Source: an uncultured candidate division Zixibacteria bacterium
GTDB taxonomy: Bacteria > Zixibacteria > MSB-5A5 > GN15 > FEB-12
Length of the DNA stretch: 64,000 nt
Assembly (NCBI GenBank): GCA_963806185.1
Contig: CAWDXE010000007.1
Location: forward strand, 384,001-448,000
Direction of reading: 5' to 3'
Both the position numbers and the translations under genes were made by a program. Positions 38,535 to 49,725 of the stretch are shown here, one piece after another. The notes beneath the pieces were generated by a model. That model was not told the DNA's origin and ran no database searches. It saw only the letters and a list, made by a program, of their open reading frames with translations. The stretch's first letter is position 1, and each line of letters opens with the position of its first letter.

Positions 38535-39440
38535 GGTCAGTCGCCTCTCGTCTGCGCTCGAGGCGGCGCTGCGCGCAGCGTGTTGGTGTTGAGCGGATTC
38601 TATGGGCCCTGACCCTGGCCTTCTCCCAGAAGGGAGAGGGGGAAGCAGAGAGCGTCAGGTCACACGCCGCTAAGTAGCGTGGCAGGACCTAACGGAACGG
38701 GAGCTGTCGGGTTTCTCCGCGAGCTGACGCTCGCTCCGGAACCCGACCTACGGTATTTGGTCAGTCGCCTCTCGTCTGTGCTCGAGGCGGCGATCATAGG
38801 AATGATCGCCGAAGAGAACTGAAAGATTGCCACGACCTCGCTCAGAAGCGAGGTCTCGCAATGACTGGCTTGTGAGTTCAGTGGACACTGAGACCCTGAA
38901 TCATAAGAATGATTCAGGATGACGAGGAGGGGAAGCGAGCCGCGCGATGACTCCCAATTCCCTTCAATCGCACTTCGACTGGCGCTCAGTGCGACGCTTT
39001 GCGATGGCGTAGGTGGGCACGGTGGACATTGAGATGCTGAAGCATGGGAATACTTCAGGATGACGATGGGGGGAGAGTGGCTCAGGATGACGATGGATGG
39101 GGGCGAGATTGGCAAAGAGTCGTTGATGACGATGACGTGCGCAGATGCAGTAATGGGCCCCCGCTCAAGGCGGGGGTGACATTGGGAAAAGGCGGGGGTG
39201 ACATTGGGAAAAGGCGGGGGTGACATTGTGGGGATGCGGGGGTGGCGTCTGAAGGGGAGAGGTGGCGATGGGAAATACGCTGGACCACGCCCCAGCATAA
39301 ATGCTGGGGTACGGTGTGTTACCCACTAACCGAAAGATTGCCACGACCTCGCTCAGAAGCGAGGACTCGCGATGACCGGATTGTGAGTTGAGTGGACCTT
39401 GAGATGCTGAAGCGCGCTAAGATGCGGCTTCAGCATGACA
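38535..39440. repeat. Mosaic cluster 2 of REP-like palindromes
   Basis: TCAGTCGCCTCTCGTCTGyGCTCGAGGCGGCG twice (about 38537 and 38761). CCCTGACCCTGGCCTTCTCCCAGAAGGGAGAGGGG. GAAAGATTGCCACGACCTCGCTCAGAAGCGAGG...ATGAC at 38821 and 39332. GAGATGCTGAAG...TTCAG(C/G)ATGAC units. Confidence 0.85.
39167..39228 (+). repeat. 22-bp tandem repeat (about 2.8 copies)
   Basis: AAGGCGGGGGTGACATTGGGAA at 39167 and 39189, partial at 39211. Confidence 0.9.
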
Positions 39441-39502
39441 ATTCAAATGAGAAGCAACGGGGGGCTTGTGGGAAGTGGAAACGAGTGTATCTTGTCGGCT
39501 CT

Positions 39503-40378
39503 ATGGACGAACGAACAGACAAATTGAACCTGCACTCCCCGCCGAAGTTGTCCCGTGCAGTCCTCAATACGAGACATGAGAATCAGCCCCTGTTCTTCTC
39601 CCATTACGCGGGGAATCACTACTTTAATATGGCGTTTGATGAGTGGATGTACCGCGCGGTTTGCGATACGTCCGGCCTGCTGATTCTTCGGCTCTACACC
39701 TGGGAGGTCGGGACGATCACGTTTGGCTACAACCAGCGTGAGTCCACGGCCTACGATAATGCGCGCGTTGGAGATACGCCGGTGATTCGGCGGGTGACCG
39801 GCGGGCGGGCAGTGTATCATGATCTTTCGGAAATTACCTATTCAGTGGCAGTGAATACGTCGGACGAGCCGGGAAAGCGGGTGGGGAATACGGTGTCAAC
39901 GAGTTCGGCGGCAATTGCAACCGCACTCGCCCGGTTTTTGCAACGTGTTGGGCATCAAGCAGATTATGCACGGCGATCGTCGCCGGAAAACGCCCGGCCG
40001 GAATTTTTCCACAAAGCGCCCTGTTTTGCCTCGAGTGCGATGTACGAATTGCATTCCGAGGGGCGAAAAGTGGTGGCCTCAGCGCAGAAACGTCAGGGGG
40101 ACTGTCTCTTGCAGCATGGGGCGATCAAACTTTACGGTCTGGCGAGTCATCCGGCACTTGATGGGAGAGAAGAAGATACGTCGAAGCCGGGTTGGATAGA
40201 CCGAGTGTCGTTTGTCGAATTGGCGGCGATATTTCGGCAGGAAATGGGATTGGCGCTGGGGTTGGAGGTCGCAGAAAGTGCGCTCATGGGCGAGGAAAGG
40301 GCCTATATCGAAGAGCGGCGAGAGATGATCGTTCGTGGACCGCTTGAGCGACGAGAACTGATTAAACAAACGGCGTAA
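39503..40378 (+). CDS. Lipoate-protein ligase A / octanoyltransferase LipM-like
   Basis: NMAFDE, LRLYTW...ITFGYNQ, RRVTGGRAVYH, PCF, KVVASAQKR and LLQHGAI motifs. True start uncertain. Confidence 0.88.
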   Translation: MDERTDKLNLHSPPKLSRAVLNTRHENQPLFFSHYAGNHYFNMAFDEWMYRAVCDTSGLLILRLYTWEVGTITFGYNQRESTAYDNARVGDTPVIRRVTGGRAVYHDLSEITYSVAVNTSDEPGKRVGNTVSTSSAAIATALARFLQRVGHQADYARRSSPENARPEFFHKAPCFASSAMYELHSEGRKVVASAQKRQGDCLLQHGAIKLYGLASHPALDGREEDTSKPGWIDRVSFVELAAIFRQEMGLALGLEVAESALMGEERAYIEERREMIVRGPLERRELIKQTA

Positions 40379-40674
40379 TTCCATAGTCTTATGGGAGTGA
40401 GGGATGAAGATCTGGGAAAAATCCGCTTGACTTTGGCGGCGAATTGCGAGTACTTTCTGCGCTATGCGTCGGCGGGCGACCGGTGATAACCATCGGTGAA
40501 TGAAAGGGTTGAGCCCGCACGGAGTGAAAGAGGTTGGGAAAATTGATCAGGCTGGCCTCACAGCCATCTTTTTTCCGAGATTGCATACGGAACGAATACA
40601 ACGGGTATACGACTTACCTTGGCAATGCCTGCGAGAACCGGAGTGGCTTGCTTGTCAGTCGAGGAGGAAGAGGT

Positions 40675-43600
40675 ATGAAGCCTAGTTTCACGAAAGGGGC
40701 ACTCAGTCTTTGGGTGGTCATCCTTCTGGTGACGGTGATGATGCCGTGGACGGTGTTCGCCGGCTCACAAGGGCAAATCAAAGGAAAACTAACCGACAAA
40801 GCATCCGGTGAGGGAATTATCGGGGCGTCGGTGGCGGTCGCCAACACCAAGTTCGGCGCCCAGACGGACATGGACGGCAATTTCCAGATTCTTCACCTTG
40901 ATCCGGGCGTGTATACGTTGAAGATCACGCACCTCGATTATAAGGCGATCGAAGTCACGGAAGTTACGGTTCGAGCAGATTTGACCACGGAAGTATCGCA
41001 GAAGCTCGACAAAGGTGTGACCGATATCGGTAAGACGATCACGGTTACCGGCACTCGCGACATCATTGATAAATTCACGACGAGTAACCAAGTCTCCATC
41101 TCGCAGGAGACGATCAAGCATCGCCCCGTTCAGACTGTAGACAACCTCCTCAAGCAGGTGGCGGGCGTGCAGACGACGTCGACGGGCGAAGTATTTGTCC
41201 GCGGCGGCCGTGCCGGTGAAGTCGCGTACATTGTAGATGGTGTGCCGATCGGCGATCCGCTGGGTGGTGTCGGTCGAGCCGGCGCCAACCTCTCGCTGGT
41301 TTCGGGTTCGATTCAGGAAATCCAGATTATTAAGGACGGTTTTGATCCGGAGTACGGCAACGCGCTTGTCGGGTATTGTGAACATTCGTTCACAGACGGG
41401 TTCCAAGGACAACACGCGGTTGAATCTCCAGTACATTACCGACGATCTGGGGACAAAGTCGCTCAACAAGTATTCGCGGAATTACGATTACGCGCGCTTT
41501 TCGATTTCGGGTCCGGATCCGCTGATCAAGGACCGGATTCTTCCGGCGCTGGGTCTGAATTTCCTGAAGGAAAAGGAATTCACCTACTTCCTGTATGCCG
41601 AAGTCGAGAAGGATGACGGCAACTATCAGTTGAACGATTACGATACGCCGGCAACGCGGCGCAACTGGGGAAAATTCAGCCTGCTGGGGATCGACATACC
41701 GGAGCGGTTGAACAACCGGTATTTCTGGAATCTGAACCTGAAATTCCGGCCGCAGCAGAATCTGAAGTTTATCGCGTCGTACAAGCATTCGCTGAGCCAT
41801 GACGTGTTATGGGATTGGAACTATCGGTACTCGTCGGCCAACCTGCCGGTGGCGCGCGACGAGTGGCAGTCGGTGTCGCTTGAAGTCACGCATGCGGTGA
41901 CCAAGGATTTCAACTACGAGGCCGTGTTTTCCTACTATACAAAGGAATACACGCAGAAGCCGGGTGACCCGAACAACCCGGGTGAAGGGCGGGATCCGGA
42001 CCAGATCAATCTGGAAAGCCAGAACGAAGGGTACGACGATCTGAACGACAACGGCCGGTATGACGCGCCGGAGCCGATCATCAATCTGTATCCTGACTCG
42101 GCCAATTATGGTACGGACTACACGGGTCCGGCCTATACGCTGGGTGAAACGATCGTGCGGACCAACCAGCAGGGCGGCGGTCCGTCGACGCTGGAGAATT
42201 TCCGTTTCAACAACAACGGGTATACGGACGACCTGGAGGGCGAGGCGTTTGTCGATTTGAACGGCAACGGCGTCTGGGACCATGGTGACGTGCTTTACGA
42301 TAAGAACAACAACGGGCAATTGGATGGCGATCGGTTGGCGAATGTGAATATTCGCAACACGGAGCCGTATATCGACGGTGACTCGATTCTGGGTGAGCCG
42401 TACACGGACAACAACGCAAACGGCATATACGACCGGGGAATTGACGGTTTCACCATCGGTGTGGAATCGAACAACCAGGACCTGAACCACAACGGAACGT
42501 ATGATGGTCCGAATTCGGCCTGGACGCCGGGGGTACCTTTTATCGATCGCAACGGGAACAGGATTTACGATTACCCGAACAACAAGTATGACATTGGCGA
42601 GCAATACACGGACGTCAACGGCAACGGCAAGCATGACCAGGGCGGCACGAGCACGTTTTTGAGCCCGGGCAGCTACGACGAGGACATGCTGTGGCACCGT
42701 CGCAGAACCAAGACGTTGCGAGGTGAGATCAAGGCGTTTCGCAATCTTGGGCCGCACGAATTGAAGGGCGGATTTGCGTTGACGCACGACGACTACAGCT
42801 ATGAGTATATCCGTCGGCCGTACATTCAGTACATCGGCCGTCCGGACGGCGGCGTGTATCCGGATCGCGGCGCGTTCCGTGATTTCTTCGACTACAGTCC
42901 GTGGAGCGGAACGGTCTATTTCCGCGACAAGCTGGAGTATGGTTCGATGATCGCGTCGCTGGGTATCCGGTGGGATTTCTTCCTGCAGGACACGAAAGAT
43001 CTGGCGTACGTGCTCGACCGCGACGACCAGGGCGGTACGATTCTGGGTGACCGTCAGAAGTTTTCGCCGCGAATCGGGTTCTCGTACCCGATTTCGGACA
43101 AGGCGAAAGTGCACTTCAACTACGGTCACTTCTACCAGCAGCCCTCCTGTACTACATGTACGCGCGCAACACGACGTCAGTGCTGACCAACGACGTTATC
43201 GGCAACTACAACCTGGATTATCAAAAGACGATTCAGTATTCGTTCGGTGTGAAGTACGCCATGACCGAGAATTACTCGGTCGACATGCCGGGGTATTTCA
43301 AGGACGAGTTTGACAAGATCAACAGCGTCCGCATTTTTGATGACGGGACGCAGGTGTATGTCCAGAAGTACATCAACTCGGACTATGGCCGCAGCCGCGG
43401 ATTTGAGTTGACGCTGGAGAAGCGGGGCGGCGGTTATGTCAACGGTCAGGTAAGCTACACGTATGCGTTTGCGTACGGCAAGGCGTCGCAGACGACCGAG
43501 ATCTTCCGCGATCCGGTGGCGTTGGCGAAGGAGCCGTTGTCGGAGTCACCGCTGGATCAACGACATTCGGCACTCGCTCAAGTCGGCCGTCAACGTTTAT

Positions 43601-44022
43601 CATCCCGAGCACGGTGAAGCCGCGGCTTTTCGGTCTGCCGATTCACGAACGGCTGGTCGTTGTCGATCGAGACGGTGATCGAGAGCGGGCGGCCGTTCAC
43701 GCCGGATCGTTCGTATCCGTCGTTGTCGCAGACGGGTCTGGTGAATATCGAGAACAATTCGCTGCGGTATCCGGCGACGGCGGTGTTTGACATACGATTC
43801 CAGAAGGACTTCAGGCTGGTCGGGATCGATTATAGTTTGATTTTCTGGGTCAAGAATTTCTTTGACAGCCGCAACGTGGTAACCGTCTACACGAAGACGG
43901 GCCGTCCGGACACGCAGCAGAATCAGAGTGGGACGGTGATGGCGGGTACTGACTATGATCAGAATCCGTACAACTGGGACTATGGTCGTCAGATCCGGCT
44001 GGGTCTGGAGGTGAGTCTCTAA
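40675..44022 (+). CDS. TonB-dependent receptor with N-terminal carboxypeptidase-regulatory-like domain, several frameshifts
   Basis: RBS GAGGAGG and signal peptide. IKGKLTD..GEGIIGASV, plug FVRGGRAGEVAYIVDG, FDPEYGNA, FSPRIGFSYPIS and C-terminal RQIRLGLEVSL, distributed over several frames. Confidence 0.9.
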
Positions 44023-44058
44023 GCGCGAAGAAACGTTTGTTCGAGATACGAGGTAGAC

Positions 44059-45051
44059 ATGCGGATTGACTATACACGACGCGTCGGCTCGCCACGGAGC
44101 AGGGCAATCGGGCTTATGCTGGCCGGGTGCCTGGCGGTCGGTTTGTTGTGTCGTCGCCGGCTGATGTATCGGCCCAGGCGAAAGTGGGCACGACCGGCGC
44201 ACAGTTCCTCGAACTGGGCGTCTCGGCTCGCGCGATGGGAATGGCGGAGGCCTTTACGGCGGTGGTCAATGATGTCTCGGCCGTCTATTACAATCCGGCC
44301 GGTCTGACGCAGTTGTTGGGGAAAGAGGGGATGGCCACGTACATCAAGATGCCGGCCGACATCGATTACGGCTTTGTGGCCGTGTCGGATTCCCGCTGGA
44401 GCAGGTCGGCGGTGTGCTGGGTATCGGCGTGTCATCGCTCTCAACGGGCAAGATGACCGAGACGACGTATCAGCAGGGTGACTCCGACGGGGACGGGCCG
44501 TGACGTTTTCGGCCAATGATCTGGCGGTGTCGATGAGCTATGGGCGGTACCTGACCGACCGTTTCTCGATCGGTGTCACCGTGCGGTATATCGGCGAATT
44601 TTATCATGACTACTCGTCGAACGGCTGGTCGGCCGATGTCGGGACGAATTACGACACCGGATTTCGGGGTTTCAACATCGCCATGATCATCACGAATTTC
44701 GGGCCGGATATGAAGTTCATCGACAAGGCGTATCCGCTGCCGATCAACTTCAAGTTTGGCGGATCGATCAATCTGGTTCAGGGGGGCGATCATCTGATGG
44801 TACTGGCGGCCGAGGGGCAGCATCCGTCGGACAACCTGGAGAAGTATCAGACGGGTGTTGAATATACGTTTAAGGATCGGTTCAGTCTTCGTGCGGGCAG
44901 CCGGTTCAACTATGACGAAGACGGATTCACGTTTGGCGGCGGCCTTCGCTGGCCATTGGGGCAGGAGAGCGAAATTCGGGTCGATTACGCGTACCAGGAT
45001 TTCGGCATTCTGACTGAGGTCCACCGGTTCACGCTGGCGGTATCGTTCTAA
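44059..45051 (+). CDS. PorV/PorQ family outer-membrane protein, frameshifted
   Basis: KVGTTGAQFLELGVSARAMGMAEAF..V.NDVSAVYYNPAGL, and VDYAYQDFGILTEVHRFTL C-terminus. Confidence 0.88.
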
Positions 45052-45074
45052 GGGAAGAGGAGACAGAGAGGATT

Positions 45075-47270
45075 ATGAACTACAGTAAAGACACTTCCCT
45101 GACGACTCGCAGCCTGCGGATAGTTCCGATCGTTCTGGTCGCCGCGGCGATCATGTTGACGGCGGGATGCTGGACGAAGCGAGTGGACGGGACGAAGACG
45201 GAGAATCAACGGCCGGAAGTCTGGTTTTCGAATGTTCCGGCTGAGGGAGCGAAAACGTCGGTGAACCCGATTATCTACTGGGTCGGACAGGACAAGGACG
45301 GCCAGGTAGTAACGTTCCGATACATAGTCATACGCGAGGCCGATATTGCGGCGGCCGTCAGTGCGACGGTGCCGGTGGATTCGCAGGATGTTCAGCAGTA
45401 TGTGAACACGGTCCTTGCGACGACTTCGGATACGATGTGGACCTACCTGACAGTGAATCCGCTGGAGGGCCAGCCTCAGACGACAAATATAATTCCCATG
45501 CAGGCGGAGATCAGCAATCCGGTTCTGCAATATGTACCGCAGTACGTGTTTGTGCAGGCGTTTGATGACCTGAATGCGTCGTCATCGATCGTTTTCCGCA
45601 AATTCCTTCGCAACGACAACCCGCCGGACACGCGGATGGTCGGGTTTGTGGCGGATCCGGACCGACCGTTTATCAATGCCCCTCGGTCGGGCGGTATAAC
45701 GACCGGCATCCGGCTGCGCTGGGAAGGGGACGACCGGATCGATTATCCGACCGAGCCGCCGCCGTTTGAGTTCGAGTGGCGGATGTACGGTCCGTACACG
45801 GATTCCGTATACAACCTGATTACCTCGAACTTTGTGAAGTCAGTATTCGTGACGAATGACGCGCGCGTATTCGTATTCGGCAGGAATGAGTGGATCAAAA
45901 GGTGCGATACGATACCGAACGGAACCGGCGGTTTTGATATCGAATGCGACTCGACGTTTGTCGACAATATAACGGCGTCGGGCCCGCTGGGGACTTTGGA
46001 CACGTCGCTGCTGGTTGACGATTCCGGTTTCACCAACAACCCTTCGTTTAACAAGATTGTCGACAGTTCGTTTGACGGCGACACGTGGGTGAGTGACGTG
46101 AAGGATTCGTTGTTCGACGTTTTCCGGACCGAACCGTCGCCCGAGACGCAGCAGGCAAAGTTTATATTCTGGGTACGGAGTCGCGACGACGCCAAGGTGC
46201 CCGATTTGACGCCGACGTTTGTGGCGATGGATGTGGTTAACCCGAAGTATGAGCGTGAAGTGCTGGTGGTGTGGATGAATTCGGCGTACACGATCAATCC
46301 GGCGAGGATGGGTTCGGCAAGACATTACTGGTGGAGTGCGGTACGCACCTGGCAGGAGGCGGCCGGATTGCCGCTGGCCTTTGACAGTGCGGTTGACTTT
46401 GTCAATCCAGACAAGCCGACGGGTACGCTGTTGCCATTGAAGGATCTGCTCAGTCACAAGATTGTCGTATTCTACGGCGACGACGTTCAGCCGGGTATTT
46501 TCAAGGCGGTGTCGGTGCAAACCAAGTTGTTCACGGCGATTGACGCCGGGGTGAACGTGTGGATGTGCACGCGAGCGCCATATCTGGGAGGCGAGGACAA
46601 GCCGGGACAATTCGAAGAACCCATGCCACTGAACTACCGGGTGTATTTCGGTGTGCAGGCTCTGACCTATTCCGGCTGGGAGTGGTACTGCAACGGACAG
46701 CATGTTGATCCGCCGCTTCGGATCGAGGATTTCGAGGGCACGTACAGTCTGGATCCGACGAAGTGGCCGGATCTCAAGATTGATACGTCAAAACTGCACT
46801 CGTTGTACGTGTGGAACTATGATTGGGATCCGAGTATTGCCTGTCTGCCGGAAGTCAACTGGTGTGTGCGTACGTTTGACACCGAAGCGATGTACTTGTA
46901 CAAATCCCGGTATGGTGCGTCGCATCCGTTGGGCGAGATGTATTCGTTTAACGGACGTCCGGTGGCTCACCGGTTGAATCGAGGATATTTCCGGACGGCG
47001 CATTCGTTGTTCACGCCGTTGGCGATTAACGACAGCACCGGTGCCGCGACGCAGTGGGTCAACAGCGTATTTGATTATCTGTACGCGCCGTTTAAGACGG
47101 CCACGGCCTTGGCGACCGGTTCACAGGATCGCCAGCCGAACGGGAACGCGCTTCTTTCTGAGGATCAGTACCGGGCCAATTACTGGGAACGTCGTCAGGA
47201 AGGGTGGGATCCGGAAGGTCGGATTCGGTACTACTACGGTCAGCCGGTAACGCCGGAGGTCAAGAAGTAA
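45075..47270 (+). CDS. Large hypothetical lipoprotein with Ig-like modules
   Basis: Lipobox TAGC. Two NxxPET/W.G.D.D...F.V.A.D-type modules. Confidence 0.75.
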   Translation: MNYSKDTSLTTRSLRIVPIVLVAAAIMLTAGCWTKRVDGTKTENQRPEVWFSNVPAEGAKTSVNPIIYWVGQDKDGQVVTFRYIVIREADIAAAVSATVPVDSQDVQQYVNTVLATTSDTMWTYLTVNPLEGQPQTTNIIPMQAEISNPVLQYVPQYVFVQAFDDLNASSSIVFRKFLRNDNPPDTRMVGFVADPDRPFINAPRSGGITTGIRLRWEGDDRIDYPTEPPPFEFEWRMYGPYTDSVYNLITSNFVKSVFVTNDARVFVFGRNEWIKRCDTIPNGTGGFDIECDSTFVDNITASGPLGTLDTSLLVDDSGFTNNPSFNKIVDSSFDGDTWVSDVKDSLFDVFRTEPSPETQQAKFIFWVRSRDDAKVPDLTPTFVAMDVVNPKYEREVLVVWMNSAYTINPARMGSARHYWWSAVRTWQEAAGLPLAFDSAVDFVNPDKPTGTLLPLKDLLSHKIVVFYGDDVQPGIFKAVSVQTKLFTAIDAGVNVWMCTRAPYLGGEDKPGQFEEPMPLNYRVYFGVQALTYSGWEWYCNGQHVDPPLRIEDFEGTYSLDPTKWPDLKIDTSKLHSLYVWNYDWDPSIACLPEVNWCVRTFDTEAMYLYKSRYGASHPLGEMYSFNGRPVAHRLNRGYFRTAHSLFTPLAINDSTGAATQWVNSVFDYLYAPFKTATALATGSQDRQPNGNALLSEDQYRANYWERRQEGWDPEGRIRYYYGQPVTPEVKK

Positions 47271-47297
47271 GACTGGGCTGTTCAAGGGACAGCATAA

Positions 47298-47335
47298 GAC
47301 GGTCGGACCAGTGATGGTCCGGCCGTTTTCTCTTT
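47298..47335 (+). terminator. Terminator between convergent genes
   Basis: ACGGTCGGACCA-GTGA-TGGTCCGGCCGT followed by T-rich tail. Confidence 0.7.
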
Positions 47336-49502
47336 ATTCGTCTCTGAGGAAGTCGTCTTTCGGAAAATTGCGCCGGGCGTAGTCGAGGACGGAATCGGCG
47401 TCGGTGGGATGGCCGAGCAGGCGAAGGCCAGTGGCCAGATTGAGGTAGGCCGGCGAGTAGCCGGGGTCTATGGAGAGGGCGCGGCGGGCAGCGGCGACGG
47501 CGCGATCGGCTTCGCCGGTGACGCCGTAGCTATAGGAGAGCAAATGGAGTGCTTCGGCGCGACGGCGGCTGAACGCGGCGCGGACCTGAGCGTAGTTCGG
47601 GTCGAAGAGGCGGCTGTCGGATTCAATCGGCGGCAGGGCGGCGTCGCCGGCACGAATCAGCAGGCGGCGACACTCGGTTGAATCACCTTTCAGCGCGAAG
47701 GCGTGCGCCGCTTCGAGCAGAAACCTGGGATCGTCGCCCAGGGCGCTGCTGCCGTCACGGACGAAGTCCATCAGATTGTACACGCTGACAGAGGGGGATT
47801 CGCCCGCGATGCGTATCAGCAGAGTCTGGGCAGTGGGGTCGTACGGGCGATACTGCACGGCCTGGATGGCATGGCGGTAGGCAGTGGGGAGATCTTCGCG
47901 AAGGAGATAGAGAGAGGCGAGATTAGCGTACGCCTTGGATCGTTTGGGGTGGAGGCGGAGTTCGGATTCAAGGTGTGTTTGGGCACTGTCGAGGAGGCCG
48001 AGCCGGATGTAGGCGGTGCCGATGGTCAGGTGCAGTTCGGGAAAGGTGGGATCGTACTCGAGGGCGGATTCGCACAGGGCGATGGTCTGGCGGAAGTCGC
48101 CACGAGCATATTGGTAGAGTGCGGCGGAGACGAAATTCTGCACCGAGACCTGGTTGGACAAGGGCATCAGGGGAAGGCACGAGAGAAGTGCTGATGCGAC
48201 GCCGAGCGACGCGGCGATGATTATGGCACGGCTACGGTGGGCGACGAGTTCATAGGTGGCAAAGGCGCCGGCCGAGGCGAGCATGATGAGGTAGGGCATG
48301 ATCGGGAGGCGGAAGCGGCTATTGTAGAAGAAGAAGGCGGAAGCCGCAATGAAAAGCACGACCATCGGCAAGATGAACTTGAGGTGCGGGCAACGGCGCC
48401 AACCATACCAGGCGCCGATGACGGCAAGAGGAAAGATAACCGCGAAGATCAAGGGATTGTATTTGAGGAACGGCACTTCGTCGAAGAACGCAGGAATCAG
48501 GCGGTTGTTGGAGATTTCGCGGTTGGAGACGCTGAAGTAGAGTTTCTTGAGATACAGTTCGACAAATCGCACGGGATGATCGGCGATCCAGGCCCAGGTT
48601 TGTCGGGTCCAATAGGTAGAGATCTCGCCCTGTTTGAGTTTCCGTCCTTCGTCTTGTTCGGCGATGTACGCGATATCATCGAGCCGCCAGTTGTTCCCGA
48701 GCGGATCGGGGAGACGGGCGGTGAGGCCGTCGGCCTCGTCGTTGTTGCCGATGTAGAAGTTGATTCCGCCCTGAGAGGAGACGAGAACCGGGTCACCCGC
48801 GACCACGACGTTGCGGATGAGGGTGAGTCCGACGCAGGCCACCACGCCGAGAAGAAGCATGACGACGTGCCGGAGGCGCAGCCGCCAGGGGAGCGAGTCT
48901 CTCAACAGGAACCAGAGCGGGATGATAAGCAGCGGCAGCACGGTGGGCCGGGTAATGGCGCCGAGACCGAAGGCGAGGCCGGAGAGCAACAGGTCGCGCG
49001 CCTTGTGATCGTCGCGCCATTTGACGAAGAACAAGACGGCAACCTGAAAGAGCAACGTGAAGAGCGGGTCGAGAAGGAGTTCGCCGTCGAAGTAGACAAT
49101 GATCGGCGTGAAGGTTTGAAGGAGAGCGGCAAGCAGGCCGGTGCGGTGGTCGAAGACTCGTCGGCCAATCAGGTAGGTCATCGCTACGGAGCAGACGCCG
49201 AGCAGAGTGCCGAAGAGTCGGGCGGCCCAGAGGGTCGGGCCGAAGAGAGCGTACACCAGAGCAAGCGACCAGACGTAAAACGGGGCGCGGAAGTAGGTGG
49301 TGTCGCCGAAGATATGGCCGTTGGCAATCGCCTGAGCCCAATTGTGATGGTACCAGTTGTCGACGGTGAGCATTGGCCATTCCGGGAGGGAACGGTAGTA
49401 CCAGAGGTAGCCGAGCCTGACGAGCAGGGCGACAATGAGGATGATGGCGATTCCAATCCCAAGGGGGGCTTTAGTTTGGCGGACAGGTGCGGTCATTTGC
49501 AC
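47334..49502 (-). CDS. GT-C (ArnT/PMT-like) glycosyltransferase with C-terminal TPR repeats
   Basis: D..YHHNWAQAI, FRAPFY, GINFYIGNN and SRFRLP motifs, multiple TM segments, TPR-like helices. Confidence 0.85.
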   Translation of the reverse strand: MQMTAPVRQTKAPLGIGIAIILIVALLVRLGYLWYYRSLPEWPMLTVDNWYHHNWAQAIANGHIFGDTTYFRAPFYVWSLALVYALFGPTLWAARLFGTLLGVCSVAMTYLIGRRVFDHRTGLLAALLQTFTPIIVYFDGELLLDPLFTLLFQVAVLFFVKWRDDHKARDLLLSGLAFGLGAITRPTVLPLLIIPLWFLLRDSLPWRLRLRHVVMLLLGVVACVGLTLIRNVVVAGDPVLVSSQGGINFYIGNNDEADGLTARLPDPLGNNWRLDDIAYIAEQDEGRKLKQGEISTYWTRQTWAWIADHPVRFVELYLKKLYFSVSNREISNNRLIPAFFDEVPFLKYNPLIFAVIFPLAVIGAWYGWRRCPHLKFILPMVVLFIAASAFFFYNSRFRLPIMPYLIMLASAGAFATYELVAHRSRAIIIAASLGVASALLSCLPLMPLSNQVSVQNFVSAALYQYARGDFRQTIALCESALEYDPTFPELHLTIGTAYIRLGLLDSAQTHLESELRLHPKRSKAYANLASLYLLREDLPTAYRHAIQAVQYRPYDPTAQTLLIRIAGESPSVSVYNLMDFVRDGSSALGDDPRFLLEAAHAFALKGDSTECRRLLIRAGDAALPPIESDSRLFDPNYAQVRAAFSRRRAEALHLLSYSYGVTGEADRAVAAARRALSIDPGYSPAYLNLATGLRLLGHPTDADSVLDYARRNFPKDDFLRDE

Positions 49503-49725
49503 AGAATATACCCTGTCGGGGGCGGCTATTCACCCACAAATATCGAATTTGAGAACCGGGTTTCGCAGCCAGCCGGCTGATTGCATAATTGGCAATTAGC
49601 TGTCATTGGAAGAGGAAATCGGGACCGCCGTTCTCGATATTCTAACCGGAAGGCAGTCAATAGGTTGTTTTTGGCGCGCTGGTGGGCGGCGAAGCGGTTT
49701 GCACAATCTTAGCGGGCTTATACCA

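Noticed and set aside
38660..39298. 212-aa minus-strand ORF (and similar ORFs at 33969-34483)
   Set aside because: These are translations of palindromic and tandem repeats (e.g. repeated PPPFPNVTPA), not credible genes.
33900..39450. Repeat clusters as a CRISPR array
   Set aside because: There is no constant repeat with regular unique spacers and no cas genes. The units are heterogeneous palindromes.
48237..49580. Long antisense ORFs, e.g. 447 aa opposite the glycosyltransferase and others opposite topA, hslU and the TonB receptor
   Set aside because: These are shadow ORFs expected from high-GC codon bias, with no recognisable motifs.
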